Shown one piece after another: positions 63,198-64,000 of a DNA stretch of 64,000 bases (position 1 is the first letter of the stretch; each line of letters begins with the position of its first letter). Position numbers and translations under genes: made by a program. The notes beneath the pieces were generated by a model. The model was given only the letters and a program-made list of their open reading frames with translations. It was not told where the DNA came from and did not search any database. Source of the stretch: Sarea resinae (taxonomy: Eukaryota); NCBI GenBank assembly GCA_026026165.1, contig JAPEUD010000007.1, positions 124,001-188,000 on the forward strand, given 5' to 3'.

Positions 63198-64000
63198 ATG
63201 CTTGATAATCCTTTAAGGCTGGCGCGTTTTGGATCGTTAGTCTCCTGTAGCGGTCATGCTGCAGTTTGGTTTCCTGGGGGACTTGAGGCGATGAGGGTCG
63301 GAAGGCAACATGAGGTCATATGTCGGTGGGGGAGATAGAGGGATGGAAATCGCGCCAGCGATCCCTTGCACATGCGTCTTAGAAATTCCGAAGCTGTATC
63401 CATACTCTTTTTCTTTCTCTACTGTCTACTTCTTTTAGAACAAAACATCGCTCTTTATCGCATTGGCGCGAATGGTTGAGATCGCCGATCATGCCGATCA
63501 TGTACGATTCTCGTCATGAACTCGCGAGTGCACGGTAGTGGTTACACGACACTCGAATTGCAAAATCCTAAACGTGACGAGACTAGGAGTAATACGAGTA
63601 AAGATTCCCCCAGATCTACATCTAACGCTGCGGCTAACCGGATGAGGTACCTTGCCGGCTTCTGGGATACAAACACCTTACTGTCGGCTTCGGCCATTCG
63701 AACTTACGAGCACAGTCGGCTTCGGGGTTACGAACTTGCAGTCTTGCACTGAGGGGTCGAGGGGTCGAGGGGTCGAGGACCCTGAGGGGCTAAGGTAGGA
63801 TGTCTAGGGGGCCATCGAGGAGTCTTGATGATTCTCGAACTGTGCTTTTGTCAATATATAAATGCTCGCAATGCTCGCTGTCGAAATCTCGTATTGATGA
63901 TCTCCCAGTGCCAATTCGAGACTCAAACTGGGCGTGAGTAACTGTACGCACAAGGAAGATCAATAGAATTCCCTTCTTGAACGGCTTTGCAGTCTTACCC

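Overview
Gene-dense eukaryotic DNA from a filamentous ascomycete (Pezizomycotina-type short introns with CTRAC/CTAAT branch points). I could assemble 18 protein-coding genes by hand; every spliced model gives an intact frame. In order: a Ser/Thr-rich single-pass membrane protein, the cell-wall-integrity MAPKK (Mkk1/2), the DEAD-box helicase Dbp8, the pH regulator PacC/Rim101, an Asg1-like Zn2Cys6 factor, an FHA-forkhead factor, a QIP/Gfd2-like DEDDh exonuclease, an ING-like PHD protein, a head-to-head pair encoding the two halves of plant Tm-1 (TIM-barrel protein plus UPF0261 protein), Erg24, an Mrl1-like mannose-6-phosphate-receptor protein, a (6-4) photolyase, a GH3 beta-glucosidase, a Pro/Gly-rich hypothetical protein, the ADP/ATP carrier, Kri1 and Sip3/Lam1. 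I recognised no transposon, rRNA, tRNA or CRISPR array. Best leads: (1) the split, divergently transcribed Tm-1-like pair with a CreA-motif-rich shared promoter; (2) an unannotated, apparently spliced and structured non-coding locus at about 32.9-33.6 kb; (3) twelve GCCAAG PacC sites upstream of pacC; (4) a PIP-box-like tail on the photolyase; (5) His-Glu repeats in the PacC tail; (6) two GC-AG introns. Family names come from motif recognition, not from database searches.
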